IMG/VR virus record: IMGVR_UViG_3300022413_000001
Coordinates: 1 to 58,954 of that record
DNA length: 58,954 nt
DNA from: a virus
Lineage: Duplodnaviria > Caudoviricetes
Strand: one strand, 5' to 3'
Shown here: piece by piece, positions 8,914-18,500 of the stretch
Layout of the letters: every line of letters begins with the position of its first letter
Numbering within the stretch: the first letter of the stretch is position 1
Program-made: the position numbers and the translations under genes
Notes under the pieces: generated by a model
Seen by the model: the letters and a program-made list of their open reading frames with translations, nothing else
Database searches by the model: none
What the model was told of the DNA's origin: nothing

Positions 8914-10266
8914 ATGAAAAATCGGCGTCAGAGTTTTACTGCGCAATTTCAATCCGACCTCATTGAATTCAAAACGCACGAGGGGGCAGAGTACATTGTA
9001 GCGCCCTGCGTGGCGATTGTAGCCGGTGTGCTCAACGAGGCGTTGGTCCCTATGCATGCAATCGAAAGCACATTTCGTGCCTGGAATGGACGGCCAATCG
9101 TAGTTGATCATCCAATGGGAGAAGACGGAGAGCCCATCTCAGCAAACGAGCCAGGGGTCATTGAATCCGCTGCAATCGGGCAAATCTGGCACGCACAGAC
9201 AGATGAAAAACGATTGCAAGTGGAAGCCTGGGTGAACGTTGCAAAAGCTGAGCAATTGGGTGGCGACGCACTTCTGCTCATGCAACGTTTGAAAAACAAG
9301 GAACCCATTGAGGTCTCAACCGGCTATTGGGGCGTTTTTCACGATCAACAAGGAAAATTTCAAGACCAAGAATACAAGGAGGTCACGGATTTGATCATTC
9401 CGGACCACCTTGCGTTTTTGCCGCATGCAATCGGAGCTTGCAACTGGGGAGACGGATGCGGGGTCCCCAGGTTTAATGAAGCAGAAACCTCCCACCAAAG
9501 CCTATACGAAACGGTCAAACGCGCCGTAACCCATGTGCTCTCCAAGTCAGCTCCCCTTGCTGATGTCCAAATCACCTCAAACATGACCGTAAGTGATCAA
9601 TTCGCGATTTTGTCAAGCCTGCTGTTTAAGGAAGCGGAAGAGATGGGCGTCGATATGTGGCGGTGGCATATTGTAGATATCGAAGATCAAACGGTTATTG
9701 TGCAATGGGATGGGGCGTTATGGCGCCGTGGATTCACAATCAATGAGTTCGATGATATTGAGTTGTCCGGAGACTGGGAAGAAGTCAATCGGAAAACCAC
9801 GTTTACGCCGGCAATAGACATGCTGTGTGAGTGTCAAAAACTTAAAACGGAAGGATCTTCTAACGTGAACGAAACACTCAAGGTAGAAGAGCAGCATCCC
9901 GACACACTGGCGGCCTTCTTGGCTGAACGGCAGTTGACGGAAGCGGACGTCCTTGCAGCACTCGAAACGCGGCAAAATACCAGAACCGAAGCGATCGCGA
10001 AAATCAAGGAACATGTCGAAATCCCTGAGGCCGAACTTATCGCCATGTCAGATAAAGCCCTTAAAGCACTTGCAGATTCCTATCTTGTTGCCATCACAAC
10101 AGAAAACGAGACCAGGATTGAAGGTCCTGGGTTGGCGGACTTTTCAGGTAGGGGCGCTCCAGTGGTGAAATCCCTACCTGATGACGGTGTGCCGACGAGC
10201 CCTCGTGTGCTGCGCACGATTTCGAATCGTCCGAATCAAGACCAACTGCTCAAAGATAGCGCATAG
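8914..10266 (+). CDS. Prohead protease-scaffold (DUF2213-like)
   Basis: WNGRPIVVDHP, EVSTGY and PDHLAFLP...GAC...GCG motifs; acidic helical C-terminus. Confidence 0.85.
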   Translation: MKNRRQSFTAQFQSDLIEFKTHEGAEYIVAPCVAIVAGVLNEALVPMHAIESTFRAWNGRPIVVDHPMGEDGEPISANEPGVIESAAIGQIWHAQTDEKRLQVEAWVNVAKAEQLGGDALLLMQRLKNKEPIEVSTGYWGVFHDQQGKFQDQEYKEVTDLIIPDHLAFLPHAIGACNWGDGCGVPRFNEAETSHQSLYETVKRAVTHVLSKSAPLADVQITSNMTVSDQFAILSSLLFKEAEEMGVDMWRWHIVDIEDQTVIVQWDGALWRRGFTINEFDDIELSGDWEEVNRKTTFTPAIDMLCECQKLKTEGSSNVNETLKVEEQHPDTLAAFLAERQLTEADVLAALETRQNTRTEAIAKIKEHVEIPEAELIAMSDKALKALADSYLVAITTENETRIEGPGLADFSGRGAPVVKSLPDDGVPTSPRVLRTISNRPNQDQLLKDSA

Positions 10267-10278
10267 GAGACAATCCTA

Positions 10279-10716
10279 ATGGTTGCAACCATTACGTTGA
10301 GTACACTTCCGCATTATTTAATGGACGAAGGCATTGCTTCCGCCGCTATCACGCCAGGGGATCTCATCGAGCGCGTACCGAGTGGTGGAGACACAGGGCA
10401 ACTCCGCGTGCATGCTACGGCTGCTGGAGCTGTCGCCCAAAAATCTTGGGCGGTCGAAAATGAACTCATTGGTAGTGATATTGACGTCGCCTATGCGGAT
10501 GGAGACACCGTGAAGTTTGTCTACGCTCATGCTGGCGCCATGATATATGCCTGGCTAGAGGCCGCAGGCGACGTCGAACGGGGAGCCGCACTGGAGAGTA
10601 ATGGCGCGGGTAAACTACAGGCCAGGACAACGGGCGAAACCGTCGCTTACGCGGAAGAAGCAGTAGACAACAGTGGTGGAGGCAGTCCAGTGCGCATCAA
10701 AGTGCGCTCAGCCTAA
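10279..10716 (+). CDS. Capsid decoration/cement protein
   Basis: ITPGDLIE and LESNG.G.L motifs; lies between protease and capsid genes. Confidence 0.7.
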   Translation: MVATITLSTLPHYLMDEGIASAAITPGDLIERVPSGGDTGQLRVHATAAGAVAQKSWAVENELIGSDIDVAYADGDTVKFVYAHAGAMIYAWLEAAGDVERGAALESNGAGKLQARTTGETVAYAEEAVDNSGGGSPVRIKVRSA

Positions 10717-10728
10717 ACTCTCCAATTT

Positions 10729-11712
10729 GTGAAGGATAAAGATATGCTAATGGGTGAAGATGTTCAAGCTCTGAGTTATCATACCCTGCCGCGCCGGCTG
10801 CTCGATAGTGGATTAAATCTCAATGCGTTGCGCACCAATGCCTTGCTCCGCAGAGACGAATGGGAATTGCTTGATGAACGCCTCGTCATGACCTTCAATG
10901 AAGTGCTCATGGGCATCGAGGATTTGCGGTCACGAGGGCTCACGGTCGATCTGGGCGGGATGCAGACCATTTTATCTCAGTACGAAAAGCTGAGTGACAT
11001 GGATCCTGCGGAGGTCCGCATGGCAGCAGCCGCAGAGGATACGCAAGACCGAAGCCAATTTTCACTCGTGAGTGTCCCTGTCCCGGTCATCAGTAAGGGG
11101 TTTCAATTCGATATCCGTCACCTTTCCGCTTCACGCAGGTTGGGGCAATCACTAGATACGACACAATTGGAAGTGGCTGCCCGCAAGGTGGCTGAGCAAC
11201 TCGAAAGCATTCTTTTCAACGGCAATACGACGGCCATGGGTAGTAACCCGATTTACGGTTACCGCACACACCCACACCGAAACACGTATTCGGGTAGCGA
11301 CTGGGGAGATACAACGAATATCTATACTGACATTCTCGGCATGGTGTCAGCTTTGTCTGCTGACCGTGCCTATACAGGTCCATATATCCTTTATCTCAAC
11401 CCAGTGCAGTACGTGCAGACGCTCGCCATCTCTGACACCACACGGGTACGTAGTGAATTGCAGGTCGCAGTCGACTCGATCCCGCAACTTGAAGCGATCA
11501 AGCAAACGGATGAAGTCCCTGCAGGTGAGGGTGTCATGGTATCCATGACGAGAGACACGACAGAACTTGCGATTGGTGAGGACGTCACGAATATTGAGTG
11601 GGAAAGCCAGGGCGGCATGGTCAGTCATTTTCGCGTGATGATGGTGGCTGTTCCCCGTGTCAAATCGGACTATGCCCAACGCTGTGGCATTGTCCATGCA
11701 ACAGGGATTTAG
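10729..11712 (+). CDS. Major capsid protein (HK97 fold, Linocin M18/encapsulin-like family)
   Basis: LRRDEW..LD, VPVP.I.K.F....R.L.ASR, YG..THP.R motifs; position in the head operon. Confidence 0.85.
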   Translation: MKDKDMLMGEDVQALSYHTLPRRLLDSGLNLNALRTNALLRRDEWELLDERLVMTFNEVLMGIEDLRSRGLTVDLGGMQTILSQYEKLSDMDPAEVRMAAAAEDTQDRSQFSLVSVPVPVISKGFQFDIRHLSASRRLGQSLDTTQLEVAARKVAEQLESILFNGNTTAMGSNPIYGYRTHPHRNTYSGSDWGDTTNIYTDILGMVSALSADRAYTGPYILYLNPVQYVQTLAISDTTRVRSELQVAVDSIPQLEAIKQTDEVPAGEGVMVSMTRDTTELAIGEDVTNIEWESQGGMVSHFRVMMVAVPRVKSDYAQRCGIVHATGI

Positions 11713-11714
11713 CG

Positions 11715-11897
11715 ATGGCGCATCAGGTTAAAGAAAAGCAGCACAGAAGGGGTGAGGTCATATTCGGAGTAGGGAAATCCATCGAACCCACTGAGGACGA
11801 ATTAAAAGCGTTTCCAGACCGATTTGAAGAGGTAGCGCCTCGGAGGGGCAGACCTCCCCGGTCAGAAAGCGCAGCATCAGAAGAGACAGAAGGGTAG
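11715..11897 (+). CDS. Small post-capsid protein
   Basis: AFPDRFE followed by a basic RGRP tail; typical position after the capsid gene. Confidence 0.55.
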   Translation: MAHQVKEKQHRRGEVIFGVGKSIEPTEDELKAFPDRFEEVAPRRGRPPRSESAASEETEG

Positions 11898-11906
11898 GTT
11901 GTTGAC

Positions 11907-12263
11907 ATGGCACTTAGGATTGCGCCCTTCGAGGTACAAGCCCTTTTAGGCTTGGCAAGGACAGTGCCTGTCCATGCTGCGATGGCGCCAGCCTCAACGA
12001 TTGTTGATGAATTGTTGAGCACAAGTGGCTTGTCTGCGTCTCTTCTCAAGCAAATTGAACTGAATTTGGCTGCCCATTTTTACCGCATGGCTAATCCTGA
12101 GATTGCACAGGAAGCGTATAAGGATGCCAAATTTCAGTACGCCATGGGAAAACGGGAATCTGGGTTCGCTTCGACCGCGTGGGGGCAAGTGGCTCTCGCA
12201 CTGGACACCTCGGGTAGGCTAAAAGGGTTGTCTAAGACCCATGCCGATATTGCAGTATTGTAA
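11907..12263 (+). CDS. Head-tail adaptor
   Basis: IE..LAAHF and ST.WGQ.A..LD.SG.L motifs. Confidence 0.75.
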   Translation: MALRIAPFEVQALLGLARTVPVHAAMAPASTIVDELLSTSGLSASLLKQIELNLAAHFYRMANPEIAQEAYKDAKFQYAMGKRESGFASTAWGQVALALDTSGRLKGLSKTHADIAVL

Positions 12264-12272
12264 GGTGTCATC

Positions 12273-12653
12273 ATGGAGGATCGTATCCTCACACAAAGCG
12301 ATGAAATCCTGCGAAAGTGGGATTGCCGCATTGGGAAATCAGCCCAATATATTCAGGTGGGTGATGCAACTCTGGATTTGGAAACAGGTATTTCGACGCC
12401 AAACAACACGCTTGTACCGGATGTCGTTGTGAGAGAAAGCGAAATTACAGAGGAAGACGCGGTTGCTTTTTCGGCCGCAGGACTGACCAACGTTGAGACT
12501 CGATTCAACATGCGGTCGGCCTATGTGAATCCATGCATCATCAATGACCAGATACAGATAACTGACACGGGCGCGGCGTATTTGATTCTCAAAGCAACGC
12601 TGGATACTCTTGGTGTTGATTGGACGCTTTTAACGCGCCGCATGAGGACCTAA
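12273..12653 (+). CDS. Head closure protein
   Basis: Synteny and size. Confidence 0.55.
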   Translation: MEDRILTQSDEILRKWDCRIGKSAQYIQVGDATLDLETGISTPNNTLVPDVVVRESEITEEDAVAFSAAGLTNVETRFNMRSAYVNPCIINDQIQITDTGAAYLILKATLDTLGVDWTLLTRRMRT

Positions 12654-12655
12654 CC

Positions 12656-13084
12656 ATGGTTGCGATCAGCCATAACCTGGATCAGCTTGGCGAAGATTTG
12701 GGCCGACTCCTCCAGCGCTATGCCCGTACTGTAGAGGCGGACATAGATGTAGTGCTACGGGAGCACAGCACCGTACTGCGCAACGATATCGTGACGAATT
12801 GGCCTGTTGATACAGGGGCGTCGCGGGCAGGCTGGCAGGGACCGATTCGGGTTGCGTATGCCCACTACGAGGTGGTCAACAACTTTGACTACGCGCCAAT
12901 CATTGAATTCGGTGGCTACCCAGGGGTTGGACCTAAAACGGTGCTGATTACGGCTACCACACTTCCGGGAGGCATTCCTGTCGCAGGGGGGATTTTTCCG
13001 TCACAGGTGGCCCATGCGCCTGTGCGCCGTGCGATATCGGCTGCAAATGTTAATGTACGCCTAGCTTTATCAAGGGTGCTCTGA
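12656..13084 (+). CDS. HK97 gp10-like tail completion protein
   Basis: PVDTG..R..W and N..YAP.IEFG motifs. Confidence 0.8.
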   Translation: MVAISHNLDQLGEDLGRLLQRYARTVEADIDVVLREHSTVLRNDIVTNWPVDTGASRAGWQGPIRVAYAHYEVVNNFDYAPIIEFGGYPGVGPKTVLITATTLPGGIPVAGGIFPSQVAHAPVRRAISAANVNVRLALSRVL

Positions 13085-13599
13085 TGCCGACGATTGCGGC
13101 TGAGTCACGAACTGACAATATCGTTCAATCGATATATGCCTATGTCGATACAAATCTAGCAACCGGGCTAGGCTTGACGGTTTATTACGATCTGGCAGAG
13201 CCGTTAGACTTGGAAACCAAGCCTCCGCAGTGGGTTGAGGTATCGGTAATTGAGGGGAGTCCACAGAGCGGCGTACGGCTAACGGGTTCAGGTCGCCATG
13301 GGTATCTCGCTGAAGTCATCGTCAATATCAATGGCTTCGAGAAAAACGATGCCCGCAAGAGCGGGAATGCCACCATCTATTCGCTGTGGACCGTTATGAC
13401 GAATATCAAAGCGTTCTTTGAGCCACCCGATGCCTATATACCGATCCGTGATTATAATACCGCAGGGAATCCGGTCCTGTCTGCGTTACTCAGTTTACGG
13501 CCTCCAGTGCTAACGAACCTGTCCCCTCAGTCAGGGTTGGGGATCACACAGAAAAACCTATCTGCCACAATGCGACATGTGGCGGAGACAATTGACTAG
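13084..13599 (+). CDS. Tail terminator-like protein
   Basis: Synteny and size. Confidence 0.55.
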   Translation: MPTIAAESRTDNIVQSIYAYVDTNLATGLGLTVYYDLAEPLDLETKPPQWVEVSVIEGSPQSGVRLTGSGRHGYLAEVIVNINGFEKNDARKSGNATIYSLWTVMTNIKAFFEPPDAYIPIRDYNTAGNPVLSALLSLRPPVLTNLSPQSGLGITQKNLSATMRHVAETID

Positions 13600-13608
13600 G
13601 AGTAACCA

Positions 13609-14232
13609 ATGGCGTCTGAAAATCAACAAAGCCATTTTTCAGCGCGTATACAGGACGGTTCCACCCCTCCATTCTACGTGCGGCTGACTCTGCTGGATCC
13701 CCCTACCATTTCTCTTGCTCCTCCGCGTCCAGAAAACCGGACAAAATTAGGAGGGGAACGGGCAGAGGCTGGCAATGTCGTTCAATTAATCACGAATGAG
13801 GTCCGTATTTTCGAGCCGATTACCTTTACATTGCGATTTGGATTGCAATCAGAACGCCTTGGGTTAATTCACGCCATTGGAAATCCGCTTAATCTCTCTC
13901 CATGGGATGTGTTTGGAGACACATGGACCCCAGTGGCCGCTGCCAATATCGGCAACCGGATCCCCTCGCAAGGAGCTGGGATCCTGGGGCAATTGCCAGC
14001 CGATCAGGTTAAGCTGGCTGGAGTCTTCAATTTCGTTTTCGTGAACGATGTCCCCCTCAATGCACCCGCAGGCGTTGTTTTTGCGGCTGAACTCAAGGGC
14101 TGTACATTTGGAGGAGAACTTTCACAAGTGGTAGAGCAGGACGAGGTCTTTATCGAGGCCAATGTGGAGTGCTGGGGTGCCGTCGATGCGACGATCACGC
14201 AGTATGATGCAACCGCCGTCGAAAGCACATAA
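13609..14232 (+). CDS. Probable major tail tube protein
   Basis: Lies between the tail terminator and the frameshifted chaperone. Confidence 0.55.
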   Translation: MASENQQSHFSARIQDGSTPPFYVRLTLLDPPTISLAPPRPENRTKLGGERAEAGNVVQLITNEVRIFEPITFTLRFGLQSERLGLIHAIGNPLNLSPWDVFGDTWTPVAAANIGNRIPSQGAGILGQLPADQVKLAGVFNFVFVNDVPLNAPAGVVFAAELKGCTFGGELSQVVEQDEVFIEANVECWGAVDATITQYDATAVEST

Positions 14233-14255
14233 ACGTTTCATTGAAAGGAACCGAG

Positions 14256-14879
14256 ATGGTTAAGATCGCAGAACCGACGAATAGCGTGATAAGCCCTGAA
14301 GAGGCCCTCCCGCGCATGCGGAATGACACACCCGATCAGCTCCTCGCCCGGCAGGTCTACGGGCAGGAAGTGAAGCAACGCATTCGATTGAATCCTAAAG
14401 TTCAGGATTTTTCTAGCCGTGACACGATCGAAATCGTATTTAGACAAGGGGGCGAATGGCAGGCTTGCAAAATTGATGTCCGCTCCTTAACGAGCGAAGA
14501 AAACAACGAGATTTTGAAACGCAATCTCGTTGAGCAAGTGAACGTCCCAAGGCTTTGGGATGAACATACACAACAGTATGTGAGAGACGAGGAATCGCCT
14601 GAATTTATGGAATTTATCAAGGCGAATGCAATTCAGATGACGAACATGCTTTATGACAAGCTGCTCACCGCTTTTCTGGGTGAGATTGAATCAACTGAAA
14701 CTGACGAAGTCGTGTGGGACAGTAATGATCCCGCATGCCGGAATCGCGAAGCGGCCATCGCATCCTTGAGAGCATTGAAATTCGACAGCGAACAATTGAG
14801 AGAGATCGGGAAAAAGATAGATGAACTCTCCATCGAAACAGAGACACGGAAAGCGGAGGATTTCCGGGGAAAGTTCTAG
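14256..14879 (+). CDS. Tail assembly chaperone (gpG-like)
   Basis: Upstream of the tape measure; ends with slippery G GGA AAG. Confidence 0.7.
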   Translation: MVKIAEPTNSVISPEEALPRMRNDTPDQLLARQVYGQEVKQRIRLNPKVQDFSSRDTIEIVFRQGGEWQACKIDVRSLTSEENNEILKRNLVEQVNVPRLWDEHTQQYVRDEESPEFMEFIKANAIQMTNMLYDKLLTAFLGEIESTETDEVVWDSNDPACRNREAAIASLRALKFDSEQLREIGKKIDELSIETETRKAEDFRGKF

Positions 14880-15160
14880 CTGCACTCGGTGCGCCATGGT
14901 CGAATCTTCACAAGGATCAGTCTCCGAGTTCGGCCAACTTTGGATGGCAAGGGCACCCGCTGGAGCGGGATACCCCTCTTTTTGCCGAGATGACGTTTGT
15001 CATCACCATGCTCCACAAATCATTCGATGAATGGCTAGAAGGACGCAGTGAAGAGTCAAGGACTCTACATATCGAATGGTACAACCTGTACAGGCAGAAA
15101 GAAAACTATTGGAATACACCAAAAGAAAAGCGCTTTTCTTTTGGCATGAAGAAAATTTGA
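14867..15160 (+). CDS. -1 frameshift extension of the tail chaperone (gpGT-like)
   Basis: GGGAAAG at 14867-14873, the same heptamer as lambda G/T; the -1 frame is open (GKVLAALGAPW...FGMKKI) to TGA 15158-15160. Confidence 0.8.
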   Translation, partial: GKVLAALGAPWSNLHKDQSPSSANFGWQGHPLERDTPLFAEMTFVITMLHKSFDEWLEGRSEESRTLHIEWYNLYRQKENYWNTPKEKRFSFGMKKI

Positions 15161-15165
15161 AGGCA

Positions 15166-15396
15166 TTACCCCTTTAGCATGTCCAGAACGCCGAGCCATA
15201 AGAATAGGGCAATGGCGATCAGGATCACAGCAGCCGGAATAGAGCAGAGAGCGATCTGCACCATGAGCGAAATCATCGCTCTTGGTTTCATGCGGATGTC
15301 TTTTATAACGACGTCAACGGGTGAGGCACATCCAATTGAATTTGTCGGTTCAAATCCTGCGTAGCTTGTTTCTTCGTAGTTGGGTGTCGTCTTCAT
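15166..15396 (-). CDS. Small membrane protein (moron)
   Basis: VVIKDIRM followed by a long hydrophobic segment; AAGGAG RBS. Confidence 0.6.
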   Translation of the reverse strand: MKTTPNYEETSYAGFEPTNSIGCASPVDVVIKDIRMKPRAMISLMVQIALCSIPAAVILIAIALFLWLGVLDMLKG

Positions 15397-15532
15397 TGTG
15401 TTTCTCCTTTTCCTCGAACCAGGCATCTATCGCCTGGCGAATGAGTTCAGATCGCCTGAACCGGCTGGACTGAACGATACAGTCCAGCATGTAAAGCTGA
15501 TCTTCAGTCAGCCAGATATTGACCTTCTTCAT
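15350..15532 (-). CDS. Ribbon-helix-helix (CopG-like) regulator
   Basis: MKKVNIWL strand followed by RSELIRQAID; GGAGG RBS. Confidence 0.75.
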   Translation of the reverse strand: MKKVNIWLTEDQLYMLDCIVQSSRFRRSELIRQAIDAWFEEKEKHNEDDTQLRRNKLRRI

Positions 15533-15551
15533 ATTTTAACCTCCAACCTTT

Positions 15552-15580
15552 ATTATACGCCCAATAGGCGTACATGTCAA
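15552..15580 (-). promoter_or_regulatory. Consensus sigma70 promoter with a palindromic operator
   Basis: TTGACA-17-TATAAT on the minus strand; inverted repeat TACGCC..GGCGTA in the spacer. Confidence 0.85.
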
Positions 15581-15588
15581 GGTGGCCG

Positions 15589-18500
15589 ATGGCTGAAACC
15601 CAACAAGCCCTGATTGCTTCCCTTCGAGCCGACATCTCAGGGTTTCGCCGCGACCTCCAGGAAGCCACGCGCGTGGCTCAAGATTTTGGGCAACGGGCAA
15701 GTCGATCCCTCGACAATCTGGACCAATCGAACAGGCGAGTTGCTACCAGTACGCGATCCATGGCGTCAAGCTTTGGCCAACTGCGCAATGTCCTGATTGG
15801 CCTTGGCCTGGGAAAGGTTGTCAGAGATAGCCTGACACTGGGCACACAACTCATCTCGGTTGACCGGACGCTGCGAGCCACCACCGGCAGCGTCCAAGCT
15901 GCCGGTGAAGCCTATCAATTTGTGCGCCAGCAATCCCTACGGCTTGGCACAGACATTATCAGCGGTGCCCGCGCATTTGGGCAGATGACGGAAAGCACAA
16001 GAGACACTAGGCTTGAAGGGCAATTCACTCGTGATATTTTTACCGGGCTTGGAGAGACCATAAGCGCACTTGGTCTTGACCAGGAGCAATATAAAAGGGC
16101 TCTCGTTGCGACGAACCAGGTGCTAGCTGGCAGTACCATTAAAACGGAGGAACTAAATCAATTTCGAGAAGCGGGGATCCCCATTCTACGCGAACTTGCC
16201 GCCGCAACAGGGCAAACAGGCACGGAATTGCGCAAGAGTCTCGAAAAAGGACTTGTTCCAGCCGAAGCGCTTGTGCTGGTCTTTCGAAGGCTGCGGGATC
16301 GATTTGCGGATGTCGCGCAAGAAGCATCACAAACTACGCCTATTGCCTTTTCAGCACTGATCAGCGTGCTCAAAGAAACCTCCGGTCAATTTGGCGTAGG
16401 CGCACTCGCCTCAACGCGGCTCAACGAGTCGATCCGGAATTTAACGGCTTCGGTCTCGCAACTCGCGTCACCCCAAGCCGTTCAGAACGTCACCGATTTT
16501 GTTGACCAACTCGTAAGCCTTGGTACGGGCATCATCCCCCTACTTGACACGGCCAGTGCTGCTGTCACCAAACTTCAGAACTCGCTTCAGCTTTTGAATT
16601 TAAGGCCATTTCTTGAGCAACTTCAATCTCGAATTATTCCCAACTTTGTCGAAAACTTAGGGTTATCCCGAAAAGCAGCCGAGGCATTTTCACAGCTTGT
16701 AGTTGGCATCAGCCGAGAGCAAGAGAATGCAGGAGCCGGGTTTCTACAACAATTAAAAAATGTAAATAATGTTATAGATGATATTATAGGGCGGAATGAA
16801 GAATTAAATGACGTATTTCGGAACCTTGGCAAAAGTTCGACATTCATAACGGACGATTTTGAAGAAGCAATAGAATCTAGCACGGATCGTGTAAAGAAAG
16901 AATATGAAGAGCTTGCTACATTCATTAAGGATAGTGTCAAAAACGCTGGAGCAGGAAAAGAACTAGAGAAACAAGCTGAGGAAGATGCAAGAACTCGGAT
17001 AGATATATTCAAAAAGGCGATTGCGGACCAGGAGAAACTGGAAAAAGAGCGCCTAAAGCGCGTTGGCGAGATACGGGCAAAAGCGAACGAAGAGCAAGCA
17101 GACTTAGAGATTCGCCGAGCCACTGCAAAATTCCGTGATCTGGGGGAAATTGAGTTACGGGAATTTATCAATGCGCAGCGCAAACTGATTGAACTCAGGC
17201 AAAACCTGCTCGCGGCTGGTACTGATGGACGGTCCGAGTCTGAAATTGCCAGAGAAGAACAACTCCAGGCGGATCGCTTGCGGATCATCGAACAAGCGGA
17301 AAAGGAACTGACTCGAATCCAGTTTCGGCTGATTGATGCCCGAACGAAGAAGACGATTGAGGAAGCCAAAAAATCAGCCGACGCGATGGCCCGCCCCTTT
17401 ATCCGTGCTTCACAGAATATTCAGGACGCGATTGCTAACTCGATTGCAGATGCGCTCTCTGGGCAATTGGATGACGTTGGCGATATCGCCGATGAAATGG
17501 TAAATATTTTCAATCGGGCGGCGGCTGAAATCACCACTGCATTGTTTATTCAGCCTGCGGTTGAGAACCTGGCCAATTCCTTGCGCGAATCTCTTGGGCT
17601 TGCGGTTTCTGATGTTAACAATGAAATCAAAAAAACCAAAGAAGAGCTGGACAGTGCGGCCAAGTCAAGCCGCAACGCTGCTCTGGCGTTGGGTGGCATT
17701 CTCCTTGCCTCTAATCTGCTCAGGGGGCAGGAAATTCCTGCCGTTGCAAGCAATATCATCTCGGGAGCAATCACGGGCGGCACGCTGGGATTCCAGGCAG
17801 GTGGTGGACCAGTAGGTGCAGCAGGCGGCGCGGCGATTGGAGGACTTGCAGCGTCGGGCTTCTTTGATCTGGTGCGGTCAACTGTGATCGATCTTTTTGG
17901 CGGGGGTGTTGGTGGGCGTGTGGCATCAGGGATCATTGATCCTGTACAGGGCTTGCAAGATCTGATTGGCGTGCTGAGTGGTGGCCCTAGACAAAGCAGA
18001 TTCGCCGTACAGACCACCGCAGCACCTCCCGCAGCGAGACCCTCCGACGACGCCCTTGTTCGGGGCGCCTTTGGTTTTGTTAGCCTTATCGACCAACAAT
18101 CAAAACGTGCAAATGCTGGCGAAGTCGCCGGCATCATCGCAGAATTGGACAGCACGATTTCATCGGCGATCACAGAACGTCAACGGCAGATTGTTGCGGC
18201 CAGCCTCCAAAACCCCGTCAACGCGGTCATCGTTGGCGAAGCGAACGCGGAGACTGACCAAGCGCTCTCGGAAGTCATCGTGCAGCGCCTGCGCAGCATC
18301 GTCGGCGCGCTCGCGGGCGGAGACGTGGCCGCAACCGTAGTCCCCACCACAGAGGGCGACCAATCGGCAGCGGGGGTCCAGGCACTCCAACGGCGGGTGA
18401 ATGACGCCTTGGCCATCTTGCGCACGATCGACGAGATTGAGCAGGGACCACAGACCCAGTCGGCGGAGGCTATTGCACGTCTCAAAGACGAATTCGGCGC

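Noticed and set aside
10729-11712. Encapsulin or bacteriocin
   Set aside because: Its position after the protease and decoration genes in a head operon indicates the major capsid protein
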